Shown piece after piece: positions 13,114 through 26,300 of a stretch of 64,000 nucleotides of DNA. The translations under genes were made by a program, and so were the position numbers. The notes beneath the pieces are model-generated. The model saw only the letters and a program-made list of their open reading frames with translations, searched no databases and was not told where the DNA came from. Position 1 is the first letter of the stretch. Each line of letters begins with the position of its first letter. This DNA comes from Orbicella franksi. Its lineage: Eukaryota. Location of the stretch: assembly GCA_964199315.1 (NCBI GenBank), contig OZ116701.1, positions 22,072,001-22,136,000 of the forward strand, written 5' to 3'.

Positions 13114-13414
13114 GGGACCTTAAAGAGAAAAGCTCTGTAGCATCTTACCAGAGACCAGAAATAAGCTGACTCCTTAGCTCCCAGAGGGTAGGAAAAAAAT
13201 ACATTTTAATACTTTTACCATAGGGAGGCATGACTGTCCACCATGATAGCCGATCCCAATCCCTGGTTAGATTTTCATAACTTGGAGAAGCTGGTTTGTG
13301 TTTACAATATGTTTACCTGTAGATTATTCTCATCTCCCTACTACTTTAAATGCTATATTTCTTTTTAGGATTGAATCTCTTACAGTAGTAAACTTAAGAT
13401 ACAGAAAAGAATAC

Positions 13415-13548
13415 CTTCATCGTCATCCATCAGAAATCCTTCAGGTGATGAGCTGGTCACTACTGGGTCCGCAATGTCTGCTGCAAGAAGACACTCATTT
13501 AAGAGAGACGAGATGAGATTCTGCCATTGTTCATCACCTGAAATGTAC
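13415..13548 (-). CDS. THADA: THADA-like exon
   Basis: ttgtcttgaag|G TAC...GAA G|gtatt; YISGDEQWQNLISSLLNECLLAADIADPVVTSSSPEGFLMDDDE contains the THADA SSPEG motif; phase 2 to 1. Confidence 0.85.
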
Positions 13549-13965
13549 CTTCAAGACAACAGTAAACAGAAAACTGATTTGCAATGGTCAAGAAAAAAAA
13601 TTAGTTTCTGACTATAAATATCGTTCTTTTTTCAGCAGTTGCATGGAAAAATTCTTAGTGTGCATGTTCTCTAGACCTCTGCTAAGGGTGTGCACATGAA
13701 GCCCTTGCATGAACAAAGTCATCCAATGCAAAGGGTTACCTAATTTGTTCAAAGAATTGTTGTAGTAATTTAATCGTTTAACTACTAAGATCTATCAGGA
13801 ATTCTCTTTTCTAGCCGCTATACATTTCCTTGTAAATTAGTCTAGAAAACTTGGGGTTACATATAGATATTGTAAGGAGCGGTTACATAGTCTATTAATC
13901 ACTTCTGAGAGTTACAAGGCTACCAAAATGAAGTAAGAATAGGTCGCTAGTCAGTTCAATTGTAG

Positions 13966-14706
13966 TTGAAGGCTTCTGTGCAAAAAGAGCATATATAGCA
14001 TTTTGGGCCAATTTTTATTTTTTGCAGGATTGAGCTAATTTTTGGCAGACTTACTTGTTTTGACATGAAAAGCATCGCTGTGTAATTGTTCTTGTTGATT
14101 TGCACTTCGTTTTAAAGAAATAACATATGCAAAAACTCAGTTTTCCAAGGGTATCTTTTGGAGATCTTTTGTCGAATGAAAAACAAAAGAAACATTTTGT
14201 TTTGTTAAACGATGAAGTCACCGAAGCGTGGTATTTGCTCCTAGTTTTACTATTCATATAATTATGCTATTCTCTTAATGTTGCTTCATTAGCACAAGTG
14301 AATCAAGGGCACTGAATGGCCCAGATTTGAGTTTGTTTTGTTGTGACCCTGGTTTGATACGAGGTCGGTGAATATTTTTTTCCCCAGTCTATTTCTCTAC
14401 TTCTTTCAAAAATCAAAACATCTATTTGAAAAAACCATGCTGTTGAAGCTGCTAAAAGTAACTGCTTAAGTTTGCGCCGCATCAAAATCCACCTTTGAAG
14501 GATTCGCTCTAACAGATGCTGCTCAGAAACTGAGTTTTTTTGCATATGTTATTTCTCTGAAATGAAGTGCAAATCAACAAAAATAATTATGCAACAATGC
14601 TTTCCATGTCAAAACAAGTCAGTCTGCCAAAAAATAGCTCAACCCTGCAAAAAATAAAAATCAGCCCAAAATGCTATATACGCCCTTTTTGCACAAAAGG
14701 CTTCAA
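13966..14706. mobile_element. fold-back non-autonomous DNA element with ~180-bp diverged arms
   Basis: 13966-14146 is the approximate reverse complement of 14527-14706. Confidence 0.7.
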
Positions 14707-14863
14707 TTATCAAAAATGGAAGACTCAATACTTCAGCATTATTTGTTAATGAAAAGTACATCTGCAATGGGTACATGCATGGAGCTTTGTGTTTTAGCAG
14801 GGCTTGTTCATTCTGGGAGCTCAACGGAGGGGATTGGTGTTTGTTAGGAACAGGGTACTTTTT

Positions 14864-14964
14864 ATGATTGAAAAACGTTACTCTGGTTTTTTTTTTTTAC
14901 TAACATTTTTACATTTTTAAACCAGAGTAAAGTTTTTCAATCATGAATCAACCACCTGGTTACA
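14864..14964 (+). repeat. isolated 3' terminus of the Penelope family at 30.5-32.0 kb, with a short inverted duplication
   Basis: tttttactaacat..aaaccagagtaa.gttttcaatcatgaatcaaccacctggttaca matches ~31976-32047; 14864-14889 is an inverted copy of 14919-14944. Confidence 0.7.
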
Positions 14965-15320
14965 TAACCATTTTTAAAAGGGTACTTCTTACTTAGAAAA
15001 TGTCATTTTCTGAGTATAGGTAGGACATTGACCTTCACTTGCTCCTTCCTTCCATCCTTCAGTTCCTGTTAACTTTTAATTAAATCTGCTGAAAGTGCAG
15101 AAGGATTTGCAGTCCCTTGTGTGCTCAAGTCAATAGTGGTTACGTTTCTTTTTTGAGAAGAGTTTAGATGGTCCAAAGTATGCTTTTGCATGTGTTTCTT
15201 AACTTTAAGCTCTTACTTTTCAACCAGATCAATGGAAGTTGAAAAGTGGTTGGTGGGGTTTAATAGACTGATTGGTAAAAGTGAAGAAGAGCTCCCAAAA
15301 GATATTGTCAGTCATCTGTC

Positions 15321-16187
15321 GGTTGTCTACAAAACGAAGACCTAAGACCTAAGACCTAAGACCCAAAAACGAAGTCTTGTTTTTCTACAGGCCTATCAAA
15401 CCAGAGACAGTCAAACGGGGTCAACGTTTCTCTTCGGACAACAACGGACGCGAAATTAATGTGGTCTTCGTTTTGTAGATAAGCGGCTCGAACTACAAAA
15501 TGAAGACCCTCACTTAAATGCTTTGTTTGTTGTCATCTGATGCAGAATCAATGAGGTCTTCATTTTGTAGATAAGGCTGGCTCAAACTACAAAACGAAGA
15601 CCCTCGCTTAAATGCTTTGTTCTTTGTCAGCTGACGCGAAATCAATGGGGTCTTCATTTTGTAGATAAGGCCAGCTCGAACTACAAAACGAAGACCCTCG
15701 CTTAAATGCTTTGTCCTTTGTCAACTGACATGAAATCAATTAAGGCCAGCTCAAAGACCCCATTAATTGATTTCGCGTCAGCTGACAAGGAACAAAGCAT
15801 TTAAGCGAGGGTCTTCGTTTTGTAGTTCGAGCCAGCCTTATCTACAAAACAAAGACCCCATTGATTCTGCGTCAGATGACAACGAACAAAGCATATAAGC
15901 GAGGGTCTTCGTTTTGTAGTTCGAGTCGGTCTTATCTACAAAACTAAGACCCCGTTGATTCCACATCAGCTGACAATGAACAAAGCATTTTAGTGATGGT
16001 CTTCGTTTTGTAGTTCGAGCCGGCCTTATCTACAAAACAAAGACCCCATTAATTTCGTGTCAGTCATTGTCTGAAGAAAAGCATTGACCCAGTTTGACTG
16101 TCTCTGGTTTGATTGGCCTGTAAAAAAACAAGTCTTCATTTTTGGGTCTCAAGTCTTAGGTCTTAGGTCTTCGTTTTGTAGACACCC
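15321..16187. mobile_element. modular fold-back element built from ~93-bp tandem units in mirror orientation
   Basis: Termini gg(t/g)tgtctacaaaacgaagacc / ggtcttcgttttgtagacaccc with AAGACCT subrepeats; units start at 15464, 15556 and 15650, then reverse; gtc on both flanks is a possible 3-bp TSD. Confidence 0.8.
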
Positions 16188-16708
16188 GTCATTTGTCAGC
16201 AGACAGTTGGCTGACTGTGGGCCGTTTGTCAGCCAACTGCTGGTCAACAAATTGAATGGCCGACAAAGAGCCAACAGTTTTCATTATAATTTTAGACTAA
16301 AGTGCTGGGCGACTGTCAGGCAACAGTCAGCCAACAGTTGGCAAACTGCTAGCAATCTGTTGGTAACCTGTCAGAAATGTGTTGATAAGTCATCAACTGA
16401 CAAGACTGTAAACCTTTACATATAATGCATAAGCCCACAAAAATCATTTCAAAGCAATACTGTGCACTGCACTCTGAATAGTCACTTCAGCTTTTGCCTA
16501 TTTTGTTGTGTTGGCTATTGAAACTTGCCCAAATTGGCTGAATTTCTTTAGTCTACCATATTGAAAAGTTTTAAGCAGACATACATGAAGTATTGTAAAC
16601 TACAAACTATATAAATGGTACAATAAACATATCTCCATTTACTGTTTTCAACTGTAAATATTTTACGTCAATTTTTGGCCTACTTAAAGGTTACCATATA
16701 CTTTTGGA

Positions 16709-17369
16709 GGTGTCTCACGTCCAAACAATGTAGCCTGTCCAGTTTAAACTGTAGACACCTAAACCCCTATATACAATTAAAGCTTGTACATGTATAGCTG
16801 GCTTTCAAACTATACCAAGAATTTTGAAATAAAATGAATTGTCAAATTTTTTATGACCTCTAAATGCGAGCATCGGAATCACCATTTGAAAGCTACAAGT
16901 CAAACCAAATTTTATTTTTCGCTTATTTAATTTGTCGCTCAGTTTCTGGACCCAAAGTGCTAAATAACTGAGTCTGCGATTTGCCATGTTCAATTTCAGT
17001 GAAAAGTTACAGAACATTTTCAAAATAGGATTTAAAAATATGGAGCGACTGTAGAAAAATTGCTCTCAGAGAAAAACTATTTGGAAATAACAAATTCAAT
17101 AACATGTTTTTGTTTTTATATGTCAAACTAGCTACTGTCTAAATCTGAGGGCAAACAAACAAATCCCCTTTGACTTGTAGCTTTCAAAAGGGACCCAAAA
17201 GATGATTTGGATGTTCACATTTAGAGGTCGTTAAAAATTCGACAATTCATTTTATTTCAAAATTCTTGGTATAGTGTGATAACCAGTTCTATAAGGTTTA
17301 ATTGGATATGGGGGTTTAGGTATCTACAGTTTAAACTGGATGTGCTACATTCCTTGGATGCAAGACAAC
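16709..17369. mobile_element. fold-back/MITE with ~155-bp diverged arms
   Basis: 16709-16866 is the approximate reverse complement of 17218-17369 (e.g. ataccaagaattttgaaataaaatgaattgtc). Confidence 0.7.
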
Positions 17370-17672
17370 TAACGGTGCCCCACAGTTATACAGTTGTACA
17401 GTAAGGCATGGTCGAGCAAAGCTTCATGTAATTTTCAACAGGGAGAGAGAATTAGGACTTTGGTGCCACCTATGGTTAGGTTAGGAAAACTCCTGAAATC
17501 ACCCAATGCCTGATCGTAGTGTTCAATTTAACAACTATTTTGTAACACTATCTTTTTAAAACTCAGTGTCAATCACTTACAAAGAATTGAAGGTGGCTTC
17601 AATTAAATGACTACTCAGTGCTGTGTTACACAAAAGCCTGGTTACATAATACAATTAAAGTTCAGATGGTAC

Positions 17673-18025
17673 CTGAATGACATGTAGCCAAGGATTGCTC
17701 TTATGCAATACAGAACATTGTGCATGGGGGCTTGAACACCAGTCACATATAAGTTCTTTGAGGCAGCCAAGCAATGAGACCCCAGCAAACTAACCAAATG
17801 GGTTAACACTCTGAAGGCCTGCCTACATTGAAAAGATTTTGATTTCATGATGGTGGATAGGTGTTCATCATCTCGCTTCTTCGCATTCTTTTTGAATGTC
17901 AGTGGTAAGCTGCATTTCTCCACAAGTAATTTTAGTAACATAGCTGCAGTAGAGGCATCTGTTGCTCGAGGACTGGAAACCAATCTGTCAATCATATTTA
18001 GCCACCCAAGGAGAGCTTTCTCTTC
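17673..18025 (-). CDS. THADA: THADA-like exon
   Basis: ttttttttag|GAA...TTC AG|gtacc; EEKALLGWLNMIDRLVSSPRATDASTAAMLLKLLV...APMHNVLYCIRAILGYMSF; phase 0 to 2. Confidence 0.8.
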
Positions 18026-19908
18026 CTAAAAAAAAGGCAGACATTTTAATCTTAGAAACTATAGCTCTGATCATTTCCACAAGCTGAACCTTAAATAAGT
18101 CTTTTCTAAATCCCTCACAAAGAAGACAGCTTAAGGTATCAAAATTATATTTTGCAGTATTGTGGGACATCCTAATTACAACTCAGGGACGTAAAAATAT
18201 CATATGAAGCTGCATTTCCACAAGTTGGCTTGAAAGCCCAAAAGGTTACTATTTTGAGCACTTAAGAAAACAATTGGTGAGTGAAAAACCATGCTTAGTG
18301 ACGATTTGGGTGAAAAAATATTCTTCTCAGAAGTGCTTGAATTTTTGCGTGTGGTCTTCAATGTTATAGAAAATCATGATAATTATAACATATGGCTGGG
18401 CATTCTTGTGTGCTATGGTTATTTTGTTCAATAGAAGGTATTAGATTTAATATTAATAGTTGTTCTTTATTATGCAATGATATATTTATAAATTGGTGAG
18501 CAGAGGGAATTTATAGATGAATGTATCAGAAGAAGGGAAAAACTGATGCCTCTTCACGATTTAGGACTATTACTTAACTACCCTTTGTGCAGTAAAATAT
18601 CCGCTAGGGGAATCCTGAGAGGGGAATCCCAAATGACACTTCACGAACCATAAATGACACCTCCCACGTACCTCCCAAATGACACCTCAAGTACCATGGA
18701 ATTTCGGTCGAAGCTGAAAATTGTACAGAGAGCAATAACAACTTTGTGAAGATGAGAAGTACAATGCTCCACTTCATTGACTATTTTGCTTCCTTGCGGT
18801 ACACCGTTATTTGTGACAAATCAGGAAGAATAAGATGTCCCGAGACTGGCTTTTCTTTGCCATGGAAAAAGTCTGAATCAGTGAAAAAGGCTCCTGACAC
18901 ACACTGAAATCGTTGTGTTTCATGGAACATGATACTCCCGGATTTATCCGTATTCTCAAAGAATATGGGTCCGCATTGTGTGATTTTTGGGCCACGACAC
19001 TTGCTATTTCATCCAGTGCTAGTCTCCGCTTTTTTCGCTCAAGCGAATAGCCCCCTTAATTGTCAGATGGCAGAATTCACTTTGGTATTTCTAAATGCTC
19101 GATAACATTAACCTTTTAACTGCATGGATGTGAAGTGCTTTCAAATTGTTCAATGCCTACTTCACACTGAGTTAATGTGACTGGTAACATCATCACACCC
19201 AGTTTGCAGAAAATATATATTTCATGGTAGAACCCTTCCAGCCTTCAAATGACAAAGGTATTTGACATGCAAATTTTTCAGGAAGGTTCTTTTTATAGTA
19301 ATATTATCTTTAATTATCATTTTTAGTATTATTAATATCATCATCATCATCACTAACATTATTGTAAATAAAGGATAAGATAACCTATCAGACATCAGGA
19401 ATAAAGCTATTGTATTTTATTGTAATATAAAATATATTAAAATTATAAAATATCTTAACATTTCTATGTACCAGGACAATATTTTCCCCAGCAAACTTTC
19501 TTCATTTGTAAGGGTTTACCAAAGTGCTCAAAATGGGAATCTTTGGGCTTTCAAACTGACCTGTGAAAAGGCATCCTCATACAACATTTTTCAATAAGGA
19601 TGTCCCACCTAACTTAGAAAAACAATTAATTTGATACTTTAAGTGCCAATTTTCTTCAGAATTTAAATGGCAGTGGCCATGACACTTTCATGTTTTGGTG
19701 GATTTGTTGTTATTTTTGTAACTTGTGGTTTACCAAAGGAATTCTCCTGATCAAATAAGAAGCATTTTGAATTTTCATTTTTGATGTGAGTTCTACAGTC
19801 AGCTGCTCTAAATTATTTCTGTCTAGTGGAGCTTCAAAGTCTTTGTATGGGTGGCTAAAGGCTGAAGACCCTGGGGTCTGAAGTCCACTTTACTGGTTTA
19901 AAACAAAC

Positions 19909-20060
19909 CTGAAATGGAAGTAGCTCAGAAGGTGTTGCCAGAAGTATGTTATAAGCCAACAACTTGTTTATTTCATAGGAGTCACTCAAACTATCCAGAA
20001 GAATGTAGATATTATCTTGCGTCATCACATCATTGATCTGAAAACCCAAGGTAGCAGAAT
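19909..20060 (-). CDS. THADA: THADA-like exon (most 5' exon found in the window)
   Basis: Pyrimidine-rich tag acceptor and CAG|gt donor; encodes (D)SATLGFQINDVMTQDNIYILLDSLSDSYEINKLLAYNILLATPSELLPFQ; ends in phase 0, matching the next exon. Confidence 0.75.
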
Positions 20061-20300
20061 CTACAGAGACGGAAAAAAAGAAGCTTCAGGTACATTCATG
20101 TGGCAATGATGACCAGTGCTTTAATAAAGGGAGCGTTCATCATTATTTTATTACCACCAGGTAAGGTCCAAATGACTGGGTTCTGAAAAATATGTCCATA
20201 TTATGTAAACAATGGGCCACTTCAAAGTAATACTGATAAATTTACATGTAATGCATTTACATGCAGTTATTGCTTCAAACTTATATTACAAATTGATTAA

Positions 20301-21634
20301 CCCATTGATGCCAGTGCTGGCCGTAAATGGCTGTGCGAAGACTACCCCCCAAATGCCTGTGCTGGCCAGAACTGGCCATAAAAAAGCATGTGAGGACAAT
20401 TGCCTTTCCTACCATCCCTGAAGACTTTTTGGTTCTCCTACTGTTCTTTTGTTTTAAAGGACAAATAAACCAATGAAAATGGACTTTCTAAACATATTTT
20501 TAGAGGACTTTAGGGGTCCTAAAGTCTTAAAATCATGTGCTCAAAAAGTGCAGGTAATGACGCGTTGTGGGCCAAATCTACAAACTCTAAATGTCTTCTT
20601 TTTATTCCTAAAATAAAGAAATCACTTCTTTGGGACTTAAAATGGAAAGGAAAAACACAAATCAATGTTTAGGTGGTCTCAGAATGGAAGATCATCGGGT
20701 ACAGAGTCCTCAAAACTTTCTAGTGAAGAATTTTTCCTTCCTGCAACCGCCGCGAAAACATGACGATCAGTGCACTTTCAAGCGCTTTTTGAATTCTAAT
20801 TGCGGATGTAGAGCAGCTTCCTGGACTTTAGAAAACAAAAATGGCAATGTACATTATTACTTTGAAGTTGAATTCAACTTTTGGAATGATTGGTGAAGCC
20901 GGGGCGTTGAAATGACTGCAAAAGTGGTTGGCAAAAACTCAAGCTTTCCCTTTAGCGCGAAGAATTAATTTCAACACGCAGTCATGCAGTGAAGCACGCC
21001 TGCAAATTTTGAACATTCTTTTGCTTTTAAATAGGTTTCTTCACCTCAGCTTGAATGAAAATTTATTCTTCTTGAACTTCCTTTCACATTTCTTTCATTT
21101 GGTTCCCTGTATTTGGGAATTTTAGGTTTTAAAAGCAAACAGTAACTTTGCACGCTGGATTTCTGCATGTTTAATTTATGGCGATCTCTTTTTCAGACTG
21201 ATTTTTACATGTGTCTTTCGCTTTCATTTTCCGTTGTTTTCTGAAAGGTTAGCCATTACAGTACAAGAATGGAAATTCTGTCGTATTTGGTTTTGCTTTG
21301 TCCTCCGAAATCAATAATTAACTCATTTTCACATATTCAATTTTCTTGGCTCCCATGGGACATCTTGTCGAGCGGTAACGAAATAATATATCGTCTTGTT
21401 TTCTTATCAGTTTTGAACATCAGGTTTAATTCCTTTTGTTAATGTTTTTTAATATTCTGGCCCCTCATTTATTCAACTTTAAATACACAAAGTCTTAAAA
21501 CCTGATCTTGTGTCTGTGGTTACTGCGCATATGGTTTATTTCTGTGCTTTCACTGGCTCTCAAATACACGTATCCAAAAAAACGCTGGGGATTTAGGGGT
21601 GGATCCCAGGAAATTTCATTCAGGTATCAATGGG
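20301..21634. mobile_element. piggyBac-like non-autonomous element
   Basis: TTAA|CCCATTGATGCCAG at the left end and CAGGTATCAATGGG|TTAC at the right; no transposase ORF inside. Confidence 0.5.
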
Positions 21635-21849
21635 TTACATACATACACACGTACATACATACATTATTTGTCATGTAGGTCATTAAATGGCAGCTAAAAA
21701 GCTGAAGTGGACCTACAAACTAAAGTATAGCTACAAAATTTGGATGAGAAATTCAAAAGAAAAGAAAAAGAAACTCAAGAAACTAATGAATCATTTTACA
21801 ATGATAAAAGAAGAGTATGATACACAGTAAAACTATTTACAATGTTCTT

Positions 21850-22410
21850 CACAAGAAAAATTCAGAAATTACAGACCTATTTCCCTCCTCAGCATTCCAG
21901 GTGAACTATTGAAAAATGTTGGCAGTCAACAACTCAACAACTTCTTATATTGCAACAATCTAATATCATTGAATTAATGGGGCCTCAGAAAGGGAAGCTC
22001 ACCTGAACTCTTTCTACTCTTGATAACAGAACAATGGTATTTAGCCCTGGATGAACGGAAAATTATTGGCATAGTCTTCATCAATTTTCAAAAAGCGTTT
22101 GATTGCATCAACCACACAGCTTTCAAGGAAAAACTACTTTCTACAGGTATCAGCAACTTCTTTTACGAGTGGCTCTTAAACCATCTTGATAACTGTAAAC
22201 AATTTGTGACTGTAAATGGTTCAATTTCAAAATGAATGGAAATAGATACTGGCATGCCCAAAGGATCCTCACTTGGTCCTAGATTGTACAGTATTTACTC
22301 AAATGATCTACCTGAAGCCACTATGAATGCTTCTGTTGAAATGCTTGTAGATGACACCACAGCTTTTTGCATTGAAAATACTGGTGATGAAGTCTTACTT
22401 AACATTAATT
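21850..22410 (+). mobile_element. CR1/L2-type LINE reverse transcriptase fragment
   Basis: NYRPISLLS..., IVFINFQKAFDCINH, TGMPKGSSLGP, MLVDDTT with stop codons. Confidence 0.85.
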
Positions 22411-23057
22411 AAGCACTGTACTTTTCATGTAGATACAAGCCTGACATATCAACTGCCATTTTATATTTCTATCTAGAAAAAAAGAAATAAAGGTATATTT
22501 AGTCTATCCTATAAAGCAGCAGTACATTGCACGTTTTCAAAAGAAGTATCGCCAGAAACCTTAATTTGAACTTACGCTGCCAACTGGATAAGGGGTTCAA
22601 ATTTAGAAATAGTTTCCTTCAACGTCAACAATCTTCACAATGAATGAATTTCACTAGTTTATATATAAACAACAAGCAAACCAGCGGCTTTGTTTCAATG
22701 TTTCCATTGTTTCCACTGATTTCTGGCTTTTTGCTTATTTCTTTTCAGGTTTTAGTATATGCCTCAAAATACTGCAGTTGCCAATTGACACTTTTGTGAC
22801 TTTAAAATGGACATCTTGTTTACATTTTAACTATCAAAAGAAAAACCACAGCCATGTTTTGTAAAGTTTAGAATATATGCAAATACTAACACATGCTGAG
22901 TGCCACAATGCTGGATGTAGCAATACTAGGGTATAATAAAACAGCAAGTTCACTAGCATATAATATCACAGAAGCAAAGTGATTTCTTGCATTTATGGAA
23001 GGGAAAATACAATCATCAACAATCATTTACACATGCATCCACTGTGCATATTGTAGG

Positions 23058-23236
23058 TGTCGCGTATCTTGTTCATTTCACTTCCACTTAACGATTATAC
23101 GTCATAGTGACGTGGTGTCATGCATGAGTGCACGAACCATGCTTTCCGCTTTTGTAGTTCTTGGAGACGCCATTAAAGCTGTATGTCTTACGGATCTAAA
23201 GTGTTCGTCGTCTTATAGCGTACCCAAGACGTTACA
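23058..23236 (+). repeat. 5' LTR
   Basis: tgtcgcgt...gacgttaca; 3 mismatches to the 3' LTR by manual count. Confidence 0.97.
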
Positions 23237-23249
23237 TGGTGTCAGAAGT
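23237..23249 (+). promoter_or_regulatory. primer-binding site, probably tRNA-Leu
   Basis: TGGTGTCAGAAGT directly after the LTR is complementary to a tRNA-Leu 3' end (..ACTTCTGACACCA); tRNA assignment is from recall. Confidence 0.8.
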
Positions 23250-23368
23250 ATTTCGGATCGTTTAACGGCAACTTCCTTGGAAACACTGAGCTTCCTATGC
23301 CGTCTGTGTATTTCTCCCTAGAGAAATTTCAAGTTCTTCAGCCGTAAACAACTCGAACCTCGCAAAAC

Positions 23369-26300
23369 ATGCCTGACGAAGTACCTCAGCCAGCTCCACA
23401 ACCTCAAATCATTCACGTTGGCTCACATCTGCCGCTTCCCTCAAAACTTGAACTAAAAGGAAACACTGTTGTTAACTGGAAACGCTTCCATCAAGTGTGG
23501 GACAACTACAAAATCACTTCTCGTCTCAAAACTGAGAGTAAAGAATTTCGTACAGCTACGCTTCTCACATGCATCGGACAAGAAGCTCTGGAAATCTACG
23601 ATGGATTAGCTTTTGACGATGAGGCTCAGAAAAAGGACATAGATGTCGTTCTTAAAAAACTAGAAGAGTTTTGTATCGGTACAACTAACGAGATCTACGA
23701 ACGCTACTTGTTCAATAAATGCGATCAAGCTGTGGGTGAATCGATTGATACCCACGTCGCTGCGTTGCGCTCACTTTCAAAAACATGCAACTATGGTGCT
23801 TTAACGGACAACCTTATCAGGGACTGAATGGTTGTTGGCATACTGGATAAAGGAATCTGAAAGAAACTCCTTCAAGAAAGCAAATTAACCCTTCAGAGCT
23901 GCATTGATATTTCTCGAGCGAACGAGTGTATGAAGCAACAATTGCAGACCATGGATCATACAGAAGATGTGCATGCCATTGACAAGAAGAGTTCTAAAGG
24001 CGATCCGCCAAGTGGCAAGCAGGTCAAACAGATTGACTGCAAATTTTGTGGAAAGAAACACCTGTGGAAAAAAGAAGAATGCCCTGCCTGGGGTAAAACA
24101 TGTGCCACGTGTGGAGAAAAGAATCACTTTGCTGGAATGTGTGGCAAACCACCACCGCTGACTCAAAAGAAACGAAAGGAAAAAAACACCCCAAGAGGTC
24201 GCCGAACATCGAAAGTGAACATGGTTGAACAGCATGAAGCTAGCGACAGTGATGATTACTGCCTTATGGTCGAATCCATTGATTCTGTGTATGACAAAGA
24301 GGCCCCTAAGAAGATATTTGCCAACCTGGTATTAAAGGATACTTCAGTCAAGTTCCAACTGGACAGCGGTGCAACTGTGAATATTCTGCCAGTGGAGATT
24401 TATCAGGAGCTTTTAAAGGATCCTGAACTAAAACATTTAGCTAACACTGCAACCACCTTGGCTATGTTTAATAACTCTGAGCTCAGGTCACTGGGGAGTG
24501 TCAAGTTGGAGACACGGAAGCCAAAGAACAATGATAGTCATCTTACAGAGTATACAGTGGTATCCAAGGGGTACAAGGCACTTCTTGGCGCACAGTCCAT
24601 ACAGCAATTCAGTCTCATGTCAGTCAATGTAGACAACATCATGCTTGTATCTGATGAAACTTCTACCTGTAACCTGTCAAGTGTTCTTATAGACTACAGC
24701 GATGTCTTCTCTGGAGAAGCTGGAACAGAAACTGCACCTCTCGCTGGATAAATCAGTTCCACCTGTAGCTCTGCCTGTAAGGAAAGTTCCCATTGCTGTC
24801 AAGGAACCATTGAAGAAAGAGATTGATCGCTTAGTCAGTCAAGGAATTCTCGAGCCAGTTGAAACTCCCACAGACTGGGTGTCGTCAATGGTTGTTGTGT
24901 TGAAGAACAACGGAAAGATACGTCTCTGCATAGACCCCAAGCCTCTGAATTGGGCACTGAAGCGAAACCATTATCCACTACCAGTAATCGACGACTTGCT
25001 CCCAGAATTATCAAACGCAAAGGTCTTTAGCGTAGTTGACGCTAAGAATGGATTCTGGCACATCCAGTTGGATATTGAAAGCAGTTTCCTCACCACCTTT
25101 GGTACCCCGTGGGGAAGATATCATTGGACCAGAATGCCCTTCGGTATTTCTCCTGCGCCTGAAGTTTCAACGGCGCCTTGACAATGCCTTAGGAGGTTTG
25201 AAAGGTGTCCTACCTATTTTTGATGACATCTTGATCTATGGGGTCGGAGAGACGAAAGCCACAGCTATTGCAGACCATGACCAGTAGTTCATAGCTCTGT
25301 TGGAACGCTGCCGCAGTAAAGGCATCAAGCTAAATAAAGACAAGTGCAAGTTTTGCCTTCCTGAAGTAACCTTTATGGGACACATGATATCAGAAGAAGG
25401 GTTGAAACCTGATCCAGCCAAACTCTAAGGGGTTAAAGAGATGCCTACCCCAACAAGCAAACAAGATGTGAAGAGACTCCTGGGTATGGTAAACTACCTC
25501 CAGAAGTTCGCGCCTTATCTCTCTGCAGCCACTGCCCCTATAAGAGAACTTCTCAAAGAGCAAAATCAGTTCCTGTGGGACAATGACATTCAAGGCAGAA
25601 GCTTTGAGCAGGTGAAGCAGATCATCTCAGACGCTCCAGTACTGAAGTATTCCGACCCCAAAGCAGACACAGAATTACAGTGTGATGCATCGGACAAGGG
25701 ACTCGGTGCCTGTCTCATGCAAGAAGGGCAGCCAGTGGCTTATGCATCAAGAGCCATGACTGATGCTGAAGTTAATTACGCACAAATTGAAAAAGAACTA
25801 CTTGCTATTGTGTTTGGAGTCGAACGGTTTGAGCAGTACGTACATGGCCGGCCAGTCAATATAGAGACTGATCACAAGCCCCTCGAGAACATTTTCAAGA
25901 AGAGTTTGATCAGTGCACCAAAGCGTCTACAGTGCATGATGTTACGACTGCAAAAGTACAATCTAACAGTCGTCTACAAAAGGGATCAGAAATGTATCTT
26001 GCAGATACTCTCAGCAGAGCTTTCATCCAGTCATCAAGAAATGAAGACATCATGAGAGGACAGGTAGCAAAAGATACAGAAAGTATAAACATGGTCCAGT
26101 ACCTTCCTGTCTCTGAGACAACACAGAACACCATTTGCTTAGCAATGGAATCAGACCCAGTTATGAAAGAACTGAAGACTACAATCAGAGAAGGTTGGCC
26201 AGAGACAAAGGACCACCTACCAGTCAAAATCAGAGATTACTTTCCCTTTAGAGAAGAACTGACACTCCAAAACGGGTTGGTCTTCAAGGGCAAATGACTA

